NCBI GenBank assembly: GCA_976551045.1
Contig: CDPCPM010000026.1
Location: 4,960,001 to 5,024,000 of the forward strand
From: Glaucostegus cemiculus
Taxonomy: Eukaryota
Reading direction: 5' to 3'
Length of the DNA stretch: 64,000 nt
The notes below the pieces were generated by a model. It made no database searches. It saw only the letters and a list, made by a program, of their open reading frames with translations, and had not been told where the DNA came from. The position numbers and the translations under genes were made by a program. Below are positions 42,301-54,600 of this stretch, in pieces. The number at the start of each line of letters is the position of its first letter. The stretch's first letter is position 1.

Positions 42301-43009
42301 TGAGGACACAGAAAGCAGCTGATAAGCAGGTAAGACAATCTGGTCTGATATATTAATCTGCTGTAACCATATAGATGTGGGTCCCTTTAAAGTAAATGTA
42401 TATTAATTAAACACTGGGCAGGTTTGTTTAAATATTAATGGAAATTTAAGATAGAAATCATAATCCTGGTTTTGCTTGTGGGATAATTATCTAAAAACTG
42501 TCAAACACTGTGACTCTGGTACAAAGCTGTCCACACGTGGCTAACTGTGCAATCTGATGCAGTTGATTTCAGTTTTGATTGATAACTCTAAAAGAATAAG
42601 CACACTCACTGCACGTCATTTCAGTTTTCTTACACTGCACAGGCATATGTGTTTGATGATAAGTTGGTAGAAGACAAAGAGTGCAAGAGAGAAAGGCAGA
42701 AGAAAATGGAGGAAAAAAATGCCCTCTCTCCCGAATGGCTAACAGCCTAAAACCTCTTGATACACAAAGGGTTTTTTTTAATTGCTAGGAATTATACTGC
42801 ACAAGTTTGCTGAAGTAGCAGCTAAATCCAAATGTTATCAAGAATACCCTCAGTGGAAAGCTTAGAAAGGAATAGGTTTGGGTCCCACTCAAAAAAATTG
42901 TACACAAAAAAATCTACTTAAATACACGGCTATCTGTTTGCTAATCCATTGAAACAAAAATTGAGAAGGTACCACGCTGCCATCATTAAACCTAGGATCA
43001 GTTTCTACT

Positions 43010-43175
43010 CTAAGACAGTTTCAAAGATTGCATGATACTATTTGAAGAGCAGCTGGGAACTATTTTTTTGGTATCCTGGTCAATATTTATTTATTAGCCT
43101 ACATCACTGTTAATAACTTATCCAGTCACCATATTACTATTTTTGGGATCTTGTTCTGGATCAGTTATTATGTTG
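43010..43175 (+). mobile_element. Deu-SINE (SacSINE1/AmnSINE-like) fragment
   Basis: gaagagcagctgggaac...gtatcctggtcaatatttat...ttatccagtcac...gggatcttg, similar to 53030-53110. Confidence 0.5.
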
Positions 43176-45749
43176 CTTCATGTTTCTGTTGTTTTGATTG
43201 GCTTCCGAGGTTGTGCGAAACTTCAAGCATTGAAATGGGGTTGTATCAGAAAATTGTTTGGGAAGCCTTACATAAGGATTGCTGACCCTGTACAATCACA
43301 TTGATCAGGTCATAAAACCAGCTGATGTGATACGTTCACCACACAATTCCAAAATTCTGCGAGAAAGACTGAAAAAGCTTTGCAATAAATATTGGTAAAT
43401 GTTCAGCCAATAAGTACTGAAAATATATTTTCCTACGTTATAAGTATAATTAGTGGACATTCTAGAAATAGTCATTGTAGCCATCACTTGTGCTTGGTCA
43501 GCGGCTCTTGCTCATTTGTTTCACAAAAATTGTGCACTGCATCATACTGCCTTCACTCAGTCCCTTTTCTAAGGAAAGTACACAATTCTGATACACATTT
43601 GACAGTGTGTAAAGTCTGAATTGTGATAGACTTGTTATTTAAAAACAGGGAGTGTGCACTCAAGTTTTTAAACAATATAAGTTAGAGATATTATATTGCA
43701 TGTGTCCAGTGTACTTCAATGAGAAGAGCAAACACAGGGGCCATTTTAATTTGGCTTACGATCTAGAAACTGACCCTATAAGTTAGAAGTCACTTTTCAG
43801 AATTAGTCTTGTTTTTCCTCAGCATAAGTTATCTCAGTATAGCACTAAATTAGATGTCATTGGCTTTCTGTAATCTGACTTACTAATATTTTATTTTAAA
43901 AATCAGATGAAATATTAAACACCATAAACACTAATTAAAATTGGAGGAGGAGGAGGAAAAGGCACAACCACAGCTTACATTTTCAAACAACAGTTCAAAA
44001 ATAAAGACCAACACTTTGTCTTTCCTTAACTGTATATAGCCAACCACAGGACCCAAAGTGAATAAATTATGTTTAATACCAAAAACAATTTTGAATTATA
44101 CAACAGGAAGAGTCAAAACTGTGATGACCATTAATTTTAAGTTATGCATGCTTTTATGTACCCTACCAAGCTACGACTCCGATTCCCTAACCATTTCCAA
44201 GAAAATGGATCTATTAAGTCACCATTACATGCTATTGGATGCTTTCATGTTTCAACCAATGCCCTCAGTCACACTTCACAAATACTCAATCTTGCATTGA
44301 ATACAGACTAACGAGGGGAAAAAAAGTCATGTGAAATAAATATCATGAGAACAATACAACTTTATTCTGCAGAAACTGCCAAACCTTACTGTAAAATAAG
44401 TAGCCTTGGGATAGTGTAATACTGCTTGCTAACAACAAAATTTATTGTCATCTTGCCAGTTAATCACCTTAATTGGTAACACTCAATCCACAGTATTTTA
44501 CAAGCCACTATTTTCTGGTTAGATAACATCTTACCATTGAGTTATAGATATATACTTAAGAGTTAGAAACAAACAAACAAGCCATTTCAGGTAGCACAAG
44601 TGAAATAATTTTCTATGTTACACTAAAAAAAACTGCATTCCTTTTCTAAAATGATACCCAACATGGGAACTAACTTACATATGCATGTGAAGAATATTTT
44701 TTCATTTTAGTTTGAGAACATACAAATTCATTCACAGATATTAAGAGAGTTAGCTTTGCAAAGAACTGTGCGTTCATTAGCAAGATTTTCCCTACAGTTC
44801 GATGAACTGAGGGCAGCTTGTTTTTGTAAACACAGCTGTAGATATCATTTGGCATTAAAGCAAATAACAGTTCAAATATTAGCTTCATAATTCACACCAG
44901 TAAACAAATAAGAAGCTTACCCTGTCTAAATAACACTGTTTGTAATAAATAATGACATTAATGATCAATGATGCCTGGGAAAACTTAAAAACCAGTGAAA
45001 TTGACCTGAGAAACAGACACAGAAAATACAACAAACTATAACCCTGACATGTAACTGAAGCCACAGTTGATTTGCCCACTCAGAAAATACTCAAGCAACT
45101 CTAAATGCTACTAACTGTCAACACAACATTGATGCGCTACTTTAAAATACCACTGCTATAATTAGCTGCCACCTACATAAAGACTAACACTAGGCCCAAA
45201 ATTCTTACTGATAAACATTTCAATTTTTTAAATGTCTAAATCCTGTACTCATGGATAAAATGAAAATATATTACACAAACATTGAAACGACTGCTTGAAT
45301 TCTGATGTCCACCACCAATGAAGCTATTTTCACACTGCATTAAGGCACATAATAATAAACTAAACCTGAGTGAATTATATATTATCAAATGATTCTACTC
45401 TGAGCATTGTTCAATGTGTCCTGCACAAATTCAATTGAATGGGTCAAAGTGAAATTATAACTTTCAAACTTCAAATCAACATTTGTTGAAATATGCATGT
45501 AATTCTTAAGATAACTCATCTTACTCTCCCGAGAGCAGATACATAGCCATACTAATGACTTGGAAAAAATAAAACCAATTTTATATGTTAATACTTAGTG
45601 CCATTCCTATTCACATGAAATGCAAAATGAGATCTACTGACTTTGCATTAATATTGGAAGACAAACTAAATACTCATTATTTGATCTGACTCCTGTCAAG
45701 AACTTTATAAAAAAAGGTGCAAAGTGAGCGATAATGGCTTTTCAAGTAA

Positions 45750-46095
45750 GAGTCATGCAGTACAAAATCAGGCCCTTCAATCCACTAAGTCCACCCCAAA
45801 CAGACACTCTTTTTCACTATCCCTTTCACCCCACATTCCCATCAATTCCTCCTGTCAACACCCACCCGATTCCACCACTCACCTGCACATGGACGGCAAT
45901 TTACAGTAGCCAGTTAACCTACCAATCTGCACGTCTTTGTAATGTGAAAAGAAACCAGAGCACAACAGAAACCCAGGCAGTCACAGGAAGAAAGGGCAAA
46001 CTCCACACCAACAGAACCAGAAGTCAGGGTTGAACCCAGGTTTCTAGAAATGCAAGGTAGCAGCTCGATTCGCTGCATCACTCTGTCGCCCCAGT
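45750..46095 (-). mobile_element. V-SINE (HE1-like), near full length
   Basis: Minus strand: A-box-like TGATGCAGCGAA, B-box GGTTCAACCC, V-domain, ttggtaggttaactggctactgtaaattgcc and a CR1-like 3' tail. Confidence 0.78.
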
Positions 46096-48345
46096 GGCCT
46101 GCTCTACCACTCAGTAAGACCCAAGATCATTGATTTTGGCTCAACTCCATTTTTCTGCCTTTTTCCCTAAACCCACCTATTAAAGAAATTGCAATTAAGA
46201 AATCCTCACCCCTTTTCCCTTTCTTTTATCTATGGGTTCATTCAACCACTGCATGGTCAGACAAACCTAGAGATCAATTCTTACTTTTTTCAAACTCCTT
46301 TCTTGTCTAATCCAGCTAAATAACATATGCATCTTCAGTGCTTTTCTGCTCCATTTATATTCTTCAAGAGTTATTACAAATTAAAATTATCCCTTTAGGC
46401 ATTCCATCTAATTCATGAGAGAATATTTAATTACCTTAAGATACTTGGAGATAAAATGTGCATTAGGCCAGAAGTAAAAACAGTAATTTTTTAAAAATCT
46501 TCCTTTTTAATTTTTCCCTTTCATTTTCAGAGGCAATATGGACTAAAACAAAAGCAGCCTGCAATCCCTGGTTTACAGAATTATAATAATAAAAAGACAT
46601 TCAAAATCTACAGACTATTATTTTAAAGAAAGTCAGTGGCCTTGAGGAATAACCAAAACAATTCCAAAATTCCATTTATTACAATTCTGGAATTACAAAG
46701 CAGAATTTGATGTAATTACAGTTCAGTAACTATATTCTACATCACTAAGAATGAACCATGTCACTACACTACTATAGTTACTATCACACTAAATTTAACC
46801 TACTGAAATACCACACATAGCTATCTGATCTCCACTCCATGGAAACAAATCTCCTGCTCATTATTTAGCAAAACACATAGTAACCAGTACATAAACCAGT
46901 CAATCTAGAAATTATAGAAAGTTTCCTTCTAGTAAAACTGACATAAAAATAATCACAATAAAAGACAAATTATACAATCTCTGTTTTGAAACAGAACTAT
47001 TAGGGTTTTAAAAAGTTCCAAGAAACCAACACAGAAACTGCAGCTACAATTTTAATCATACCAAAATCGTTAAAAGAAAATTAATTATTACACAATGTTA
47101 ACAACTTATCCAGCTCAAATTATCAAGAAAACATAAGTGCTAATTCAGAAACTGCTGCTCACCTGCTGATGTGGCACAAAGCATTTTGTAGCCCCACACT
47201 GTGCAAAATAAGCCTGACGTCTAAAAGAAAGCCTCCTACAAACTTTAGAAAGGGCGATAGTCCTTTCGAGGCAAAGTCAGCCTGATATTTAATTATAATT
47301 AACCAGAAGCCTGATGAAATTTCAGTCGTCCAATCACAGGCACTAAAGGAGCTGGTACTCCACTTTCTTTTTTCGAGTCTTTTTACTGTCGATGTCCCTG
47401 TCAGGTCCGAGGGACGCTTGAAAGAGCAGGGCGAGTATGTTAAGAGATGATAACTTGCTGGTAAATTGACATCAATTTCGAACCGATATTAGCGATCACC
47501 TCCAGCAGCAGAACTGTACCATGCCATGCGCTGCTGGAAGTGGATCTACCTTTCTGATCACTTCCCTCGTCTTAAATTCCACTGTCATCTGAACTGCACA
47601 TGGCGTGCCCAGGCAAATTTGATGACTTGAATGTTGGGCTAACTTCCAAGTCTACTTTCGTATATTCCCACGTCCCATATGGGCTCGCGGAGATACACCT
47701 TCCCTTATTTACGTTTTTTTTCCAGCGTGCACCAACGACAAACACACAAGTGCAGAAAAAGCAGTTTGCCAAACCAGTTTTTAAACAAGTTCAAGGGGAA
47801 ATTAATATGTAATATTCGGTTATCACTTGATTTTATACTAAATTAAATTTAAAAATAAAATATCCTAACAGTGTGCTAAATAGACGTCGCAAAGACATCA
47901 ACTGCAGGATTTCGTTTCTATGGGAAAAATTAAGTATAAAGTTAAATTTTTTTAAAAAAAAGTAAATGACCTCTAGAAACAGTTGGTGTGTACAGAACAC
48001 TTGTCACCAGCAGAGCAAAACAAAAGCAGCGCCCAGTTGTGTGTGTAAACAATACAATTTATCTCCATATGACTCAAGTGTATATTCCGAGCGATCAATC
48101 GGATGGATTGGGGGGGGGGTAACAGCACCGAGTCTCTGCTGAACCTGGCCTTTCGCCTCTTCACATTTCTGACCACGGTGATACAACACACGCAAATGGC
48201 AAAAGAAAAAACCAAAACAAAAACCTCGATGTGCGCAGCCCCGATTTTGAGGGAAATATCCCATTAAGAAAAACCGAGCAGAACTTTTTTTTTGTTCCAG
48301 TGCGTTTAACCCCCATCAATCTGGGAGCGCTGCACTCGTACAAAC

Positions 48346-48433
48346 CTGCAGGGCCTAGTCCGGGCTGCGGACCGTCTTCACCAAATATCAGTCTAAAGTC
48401 AAACTCGTCATTGCCACTGTTTACAGTAGTCAT
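48346..48433 (-). CDS. NFATC3: NFATc3 coding exon 1 (MTTVNSGNDEFDFRLIFGEDGPQPGLGPA + 1 nt)
   Basis: ATG at 48433-48431. Peptide resembles the NFATc3 N-terminus (MTTANCG..DELDFKLVFGEDG). Donor GCAG|GTTTGT at 48345. 88 nt, phase 1, directly downstream of a CpG island. Confidence 0.93.
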
Positions 48434-48720
48434 CGGTTAGCAGTTTCCCGTTCCCCTACTTGTTTAATAAGTTCATAACAGAAGGGCGCCGAACTCTCTC
48501 TCTCTGCGCCAACTTTCTCGGGGCTCTTCCTCAGCTCGCCCGCTAGCTCTGCCGCCCTGTCCGCAAACAGTTAACCCCGTGCTCGCCGCCGTGCGCCGCT
48601 CAAACTTTGCGAAGCCTCATCGCTCAGTCTCCCCGCCCGCCCGCCCGACGCTCGCTGACGCCGGCCGCGCGCCCGCAGGCCCTCCCCGCCGGCACACGCG
48701 CTCGCCGCCCCGTCCCGTCC

Positions 48721-48748
48721 CGCCCCGCCCCTCCTCCTGCAGACGTCA
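48721..48748. promoter_or_regulatory. Sp/KLF GC box plus near-consensus CRE
   Basis: CGCCCCGCCCC at 48721-48731 and AGACGTCA (7/8 match to TGACGTCA) at 48741-48748. Confidence 0.6.
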
Positions 48749-48802
48749 CCGGCCACCACCCCAGCCAAACAGAACCCCTCCCCTTCCCCCCCTCGCTCTT
48801 TT

Positions 48803-48814
48803 TGCGCATGTGCG
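48803..48814. promoter_or_regulatory. NRF1-like site
   Basis: TGCGCATGTGCG, close to the NRF1 palindrome TGCGCATGCGCA, inside the CpG island. Confidence 0.6.
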
Positions 48815-48830
48815 GCTACCGCAGCGGCCG

Positions 48831-48846
48831 CTGGGAGTTGTAGTCC
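48831..48846 (-). promoter_or_regulatory. ZNF143/THAP11-type ACTACAnnTCCCAG element
   Basis: Minus strand reads GGACTACAACTCCCAG, matching the known vertebrate promoter motif. Confidence 0.8.
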
Positions 48847-50104
48847 GCCGTCGTGGGGGAGGGTTCCTCCACTGGCAGAACCTACTCCTGATGAAAGAAA
48901 ATGTGAACAGCTGCTGCCCCTCCTGACCAGTCGGCAGCCTTTACCGTTTTATTGCAGTTTCCCCATTTCCCCTCTATCATTTGTATAACAAGGAGTTAAG
49001 TGGAAAAGACATCTATTTATAAACAGACATGACATATTTATCAACATTTAAATCTAATGTTGAATTTCACAAGTCAACACCAACATTGTCTTGAATATTG
49101 TAAAACATTCCAACAACTTTGATACTGAGATACAAGGATATCCTATCTTTAAAACAAATAAAGATAAAGATCAAAATATTTATCAAAGGGCTGTTTTAAG
49201 AAGTATCTTAAATATATCAAGGCAGAGTGCTTTTGAGTCTGAATTCCTGGGCCTTAAGCTAAGAAAAAGGATTGAATACAGATGTTTGAAGAACCCAGAG
49301 GATCAGAAAGCTGTAGTAGATGACAAACAGAGGTATTAGAACAACAGAATGAAAATGTTAAAACTGGGCTAGAAACCAACACTATTCAGTAGAATTGAAA
49401 GGGACGGTGCTAATTAGGAAGTTGGCTGGTGATTTTTCTGGGAACTCAAGTTTATGGAAGATGCGAGGATACCCATGTGGTCAATGGAGGAGGTCTAGAG
49501 AACAATGACGAGGGCTACCCATGGCAAAGGGTGAGAGAAAACAGTTTATCATAATCAAGTTACACAAAAATGTCATATGGGATGATGCAGAGGTATATTA
49601 ACATGGGTGATAACCTGAGGGAAAGCAAAATAGATCATATTAAAAATGGACATGGGTTTGGGTTTTGGAGGCAACAGCACCTTTAATTAGAAAATGGAAG
49701 TTGGACAGGCAGTAGTAGTTTGCAAGGATGGAATAAACTCAAAAGGTTTTATTGGAGGAGTGGAGTAATAACAATAGATTTGAAGGGTGGATGCATTACC
49801 TAGGGAGAGGGAACTATGAACAACAAACAACACAAGAACCACGAAGTGAAGTAAAATAATCAATACACTGGTTTGGATGTGGAATATGAGGTAGGCCTCA
49901 TAGATGCAAGTTTGTGGTAGCAATACCAATAAATATACTATTACCAATTTATGGATTTCTTTTTATGAAATCATGTAATTCATAAAATTAGCAAATATAT
50001 AATACATTAAATTCATATGATGCCATTCTCAGTACAGGCCATATCACTCCATTTACATCAGCATGACATCAACCTTTCTTTACATAGGCTGCCTCTGCCA
50101 ACAG

Positions 50105-50820
50105 TGAGGGGTTCATTGGTGGCAGGGCCTTAAACTGTGGCTTTCCAACACAGTTTCATGGTAGCTGCACCAAGCTTCAGTATATTCCTTCTGAATGTTG
50201 CAGACTTGCACATTTGTTGTGGATAGCTCCTTGCACTGGAAGACCAGCATGTCTCAAGCAGACCAGAAGGTGTCTTTCACCCAAATGATCATCTTCCAGC
50301 AGCAACTCAGGTTTAACAAGTGTGTATCCCTGGGAAAAGCTCATGGAGCATGGGGCTCTCTCCAACACAGATACCTCAAGGGCAGCAAGTGATGGCACCA
50401 AGACTCCAACCGTACCTGAAAGGTCCTTCTCATCATTAGTCAGGGAAGGTCTTGGTGTTTTGATTTTGGAAAGTGCTGGTGACCAAGTGCTCTATCAAAT
50501 GACTAACAAACTACACAGGGAACCATCCCCTTTTCCTACAAGGCCTCAAGGACATTTCATGCAAACTCTTCCAGAATGACTAATGATCAAATGCGTTCTT
50601 CTGCAGTAACTTTTCTACAAGGGACAGGTAACACAGCACAGTCCAACTGAATGGCAATGTGGCCAGAGCCATCCCTTGCAAGTCCAGGGAAAGAATAGAA
50701 CCTTAGCACAGAATGACACTCAGTATTTGCTTACCCAGGGTCTACACAGAGCTCAAACCCATCAGATGAGGGCCACACTGGGTACAGTTTTCCCTGCCTT
50801 TCTCTCGAGTTTTGTACATA
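50105..50820 (-). mobile_element. L1-Tx1 LINE ORF2 C-terminal relic
   Basis: Minus-strand translation gives LFPGIHT, CCWKMIIWVKDTFWSA*DMLVFQCKELSTT and LKLGAATMKLCWKATV*, resembling the C-terminus of fish/shark Tx1 ORF2. Confidence 0.7.
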
Positions 50821-50821
50821 G

Positions 50822-52130
50822 AAACAGAAAAATAGGAGCACAAATAGGCGATCCAGCCCTTCAAGCCTCCTCCACCATTCAGTTAACCATACTGTTCTTC
50901 TCTATTAATATCATATTCCAACTTATTCACCAAAATACTAAATCTTACATATATTCATCAACTTGGTCTGCACAGTACTCTGTGGTAGATGCTTTCACAG
51001 GTTCACTGCACTCCGAATGAAGAAACATCTCCTCACTCAGTCCTAGATGTCTTACCCCACGTCCTGAGACTAACCCCTGGATCTAGAATCCCCAACAGGG
51101 GACCATCCTCCCTGTATATGGTCTGTCAGCCTCTGTCAGGATTTTGATCACTTCAATGAAGCCTCTTTTCTTTCTCAGCTCTAGTGAACATAGGGCCTAG
51201 TTCACTCAATCTTTCCTTGTAGGCCCACCCTGCCATTCCAGGAATCAGTCCAGCGTACCCTCACTGCACTTTTGTGGACCCAGCCCAGCACATCAGGGAA
51301 ACCAGTCTCCCCTCCTTGCACTCTGTCTTTACCTCTTGCTGCCTTAGCAAAGCAGCCAGCATAATCAAAGACCCCACCACCTTCTATCAGGTAGAAGATA
51401 CAGGAGCCTGAGGGCACGTACCACCAGGTTCAAGGACAGCTACTACCCCACTGTGATTAGACTTTTGAATGGTTCCCTTATATAATGAGATGGACTCTGA
51501 CCTCACAATCTACCTTCTGACCTTACACCTTATTGTCTACCTGCACTGCGTTCTCTGTAACTGTGACACTTTACTCTGTACTGTTGTTTTTACCTGTACT
51601 ACCTCAATGCATTCCATACTAACTCAATGTAACTGACATCTACGATCGATATACAAGACAAGTTTTTCCACTGTACCTTGGTACAAGGGACAATAATAAA
51701 CCAATACCAAAGTATACCTTTTTTTAGGCATGGAGACAAAACTGGGCATAATGCTTCAATTAGTCTCACCAAGTCCCTGTATAATGTGGTAAGATATCCT
51801 TGGTCCTGTACACAAAACCTTCTGCTGTAAAGGCCAATATATCATGCGCCTTCTCAACTGCTTGCTGCACCTGCATATTTGCTTTCAGTGACTAATGTAC
51901 AAAGACACCTGGAGCTTTGTCCATCAACATTTCCTAATCACCACTTTGTTTCTTGTAGAGGTGGACATTTTCATTTTATCCATATTATACTTCATATTAT
52001 ATATTTGCCCACTCATTCAACTAGTCTAAATCAGCTTCAAAACTTTGTGAGGAGCATTCTCCTCACAACTTGCAATCCCACCTGGTTTCAGACCACTAAC
52101 AAATACAGAAATAACACATTTGGTTGCAGC
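50822..52130 (-). mobile_element. CR1 3' fragment interrupted by a Rex insertion at 51271-51710
   Basis: Reverse CR1 tail from 50822. The CR1 sequence breaks after ...cactgcact (51270) and resumes at agtatacctt...ggagacaaaactgg (51711). Confidence 0.75.
51271..51710 (+). mobile_element. Rex/Babar-type LINE 3' end (ACCAAT-tail subfamily)
   Basis: Close reverse complement of 54601-55070. Tail AATAATAAACCAATACCAA. Confidence 0.85.
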
Positions 52131-52134
52131 ATTT

Positions 52135-52790
52135 GGCTTTTGGAATTCCAGTGTCTGATGACCCCCCTTTCTCCAATGTCACCAGCCTAGAGATTACAGG
52201 AGGTCACTGTGTGTCTGATTTGTCACAGGTTTGGCACACTCTGGGTTGTCCCAGGCAGATCACATATTTATGATTCTTGCCAATTAGGAAGCACCATGGC
52301 TGGAGGATGCATCTGTCCTTCAGCCTCATCTTAGTACTCCTTTTCCTAGTCCAGATACCATCCATATTTTGAAAGGTCCTGCTCTTTCCTTGGGGTTGAG
52401 AGCACATCCATAACAGGCAGCAGAGGGCTAACCATCCGCACAATTAGCATTCTCTCCTCCACCTCTGGGAGTGGAAGAGGAACTCCACAGTGATTCCATC
52501 AAAGGAGATTCCATTCCCTTCTCCTTGAAAGTCCTGATCATCCCAAGGTGTCCCCCGACTTTCATCCAAATATCCACTCCAAGGAAAACCCTCGAATAGT
52601 GAAGATATCTTCAGGTTAAAAACTACAGTGCCTTTAACAAAACCTTCTTCACAGAGAAATTTGGTCCCACGGTACGCACGCACATGCATGCGTTCCACAC
52701 TCCATACTCAGATGCCAAAGAGCTCTTATCGCCATTGCTTCTTGGATGACTGCCTTGCTGATCACAGGCTCTCCTCTGCCGAAACCTGAA
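52135..52790 (-). mobile_element. L1-Tx1 ORF1 (ZCCHC3-like zinc-knuckle) relic
   Basis: ORF 52204-52443 contains DGIWTRKRSTKMRL...FLIGKNHKYVICLGQPRVCQTCDKSD, resembling the GIWT...GQPKVCxxCGKxGH knuckle of Tx1 ORF1. Confidence 0.65.
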
Positions 52791-53029
52791 GAGAAATCAT
52801 TCAGTGTGGCTAGAGAAAAGGTGGGGAGCAGCTAAGTGGATGCACTCTGTCACTGGCACAAGGAAATTATACTTTTGTTTGGAAAGGAGGGTGGAGGTGA
52901 CAAGGAAGAGGGGTTTAGGAAGATAGTTTGAAGTGAGGACACTTTGCTGGGAGTTTGGTTTTTTTTGTAGTCCAGGATAATTCTAAAATAGTGAGCAGTT
53001 TTGGCAGGAGACCAGATTTGTCTGTGTAG

Positions 53030-53245
53030 TAGCACTTATCTCACGAGTAGCATCATTAAAACAAATTATCTGATCATTATTTTCTTGCTATTTGTTGGAC
53101 CTTGCTGTATATGGATTGGCTGCTGCCTTTCAGTATGTTACAGCAGTGACAATACTTCAGGAGGTATTTTATTAACAGTGAAGCTCTTTGGGATTACCCC
53201 TGGCCACAAAAGCTGCCATGCAGATGCAAATTCTTTTCATTCTTT
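53030..53245 (+). mobile_element. Deu-SINE (SacSINE1-like) 3' part
   Basis: ttatctgatcattat...cttgctgtatatggattggctgctgcc...acagcagtgacaatacttca...gctctttggga...atgcaaattctttt pattern. Confidence 0.6.
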
Positions 53246-54600
53246 CCTGTGGCTTGTTTGTGCAGTTGCAACTTCTGTCAGTACCTTCAGTTCCACTGAT
53301 CATCAGCTGTATTGTATCCATCCATGCCGATTTTTGCAAAGAGCATGGTGTCATTTGTTTAACCAAGAGCAACCAAGGAACTTTCCTGTCAATAAATAAT
53401 TCATGTTTATAAAAACAAACACAACATTTTGGCAACAAAGCAGGTTTGAGAATATTAAAGTTATTTTAATCTTTTAGTTTGACAAGTATGAGAATAAGTT
53501 TGTCAGTAATGAGCGTGATGAATTAACTCTTTGTAGATTACTTGTCTGGAATAAGTTAATAACCATAGATCCAAATAAAAATACAGTTCCAGTAATATGG
53601 CAATGGGATTGCCTTGCAAAATTCCTTTCAACCCATTCAGCAAGTGGATCAGTCCATTCCACAGGCAGAGTGGATAAAATGCCCATCAGAAGCGTTTCAT
53701 TTGAGGCTTGGGGAATGAGTGGATCTTACATGATCTTTTGGAACAAGCCCAAGTATTTAATCTGACTGAATATTATATAGTGGATGTGTAAACTAAGTAA
53801 TTTCTGTATAAAGCTATTTACACCAGTGCAGGTATCCTAAATCAGCTCCAGCAAATGCAGTTTACTGTAGAACAATCTATTCCACATCTGTGATTGCTTG
53901 GCAAACAGGTAGAGAATGTCATACATGAGGAGTGAAATCACTTCTCACGATGCTGTAATTCCTCCTGCAAAAGCATTCAATGAAATGTAACATCTCATAC
54001 AGTGATGACTCATGTTTGTCTACTATATTACTTATTATGAATTTGGTAGTCAGTAAGCCAGAATTGTTCAACTACTTAGGGTTTTACTGATTCAAGAGAT
54101 GACAATTCTGGTTGTCCATTGAGTATCACCAGTGAATCCAGTTACCAGTCTACCTTTGTTGGTTTTGACCCTGACTGAAGTGCCCTCACATAGAGGCTAT
54201 TATACACATGCACTTATGCCAAGAGGCAAACAACAAGTAAAGCAATTAATTATAAAGAAAATCAAAACACAAATCTGAATGAGAATAATCCTTAAGAAAA
54301 TGGATTTTCAGTTTCAAAGAACTCAGCAATGTGTCATCATATTAAGACGATTGCAAGTCGGTCTGAAGTGAATCAGGGGACTGATTTTTTACAAATGTCA
54401 TAATTCTACATGTATCTGTTAATTATAAGTTCAAGATCCCAACTCCAAGGGAGGGGATGTTTACATCCTACTCAGTAGAACATAATGCCCGACTGAAGTT
54501 ACATAACATAGAAACAGGCCATTTACCCAAACAGTCCCAGGCATGTTAAACATTCCATACAGGACTCCTCCCACCTAATTACATCTCAATCTAGCAACAT

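Larger units (their letters stand above)
48480..48870 (-). promoter_or_regulatory. CpG-island promoter and 5'UTR of NFATC3
   Basis: Only strongly GC/CpG-rich stretch in a CpG-depleted window. Lies immediately 5' of the start codon. No obvious TATA box. TSS cannot be fixed from sequence. Confidence 0.88.

Noticed and set aside
48571-48926. Arg/Gly/Pro-rich ORFs in the CpG island
   Set aside because: Expected from stop-codon scarcity in GC-rich DNA.
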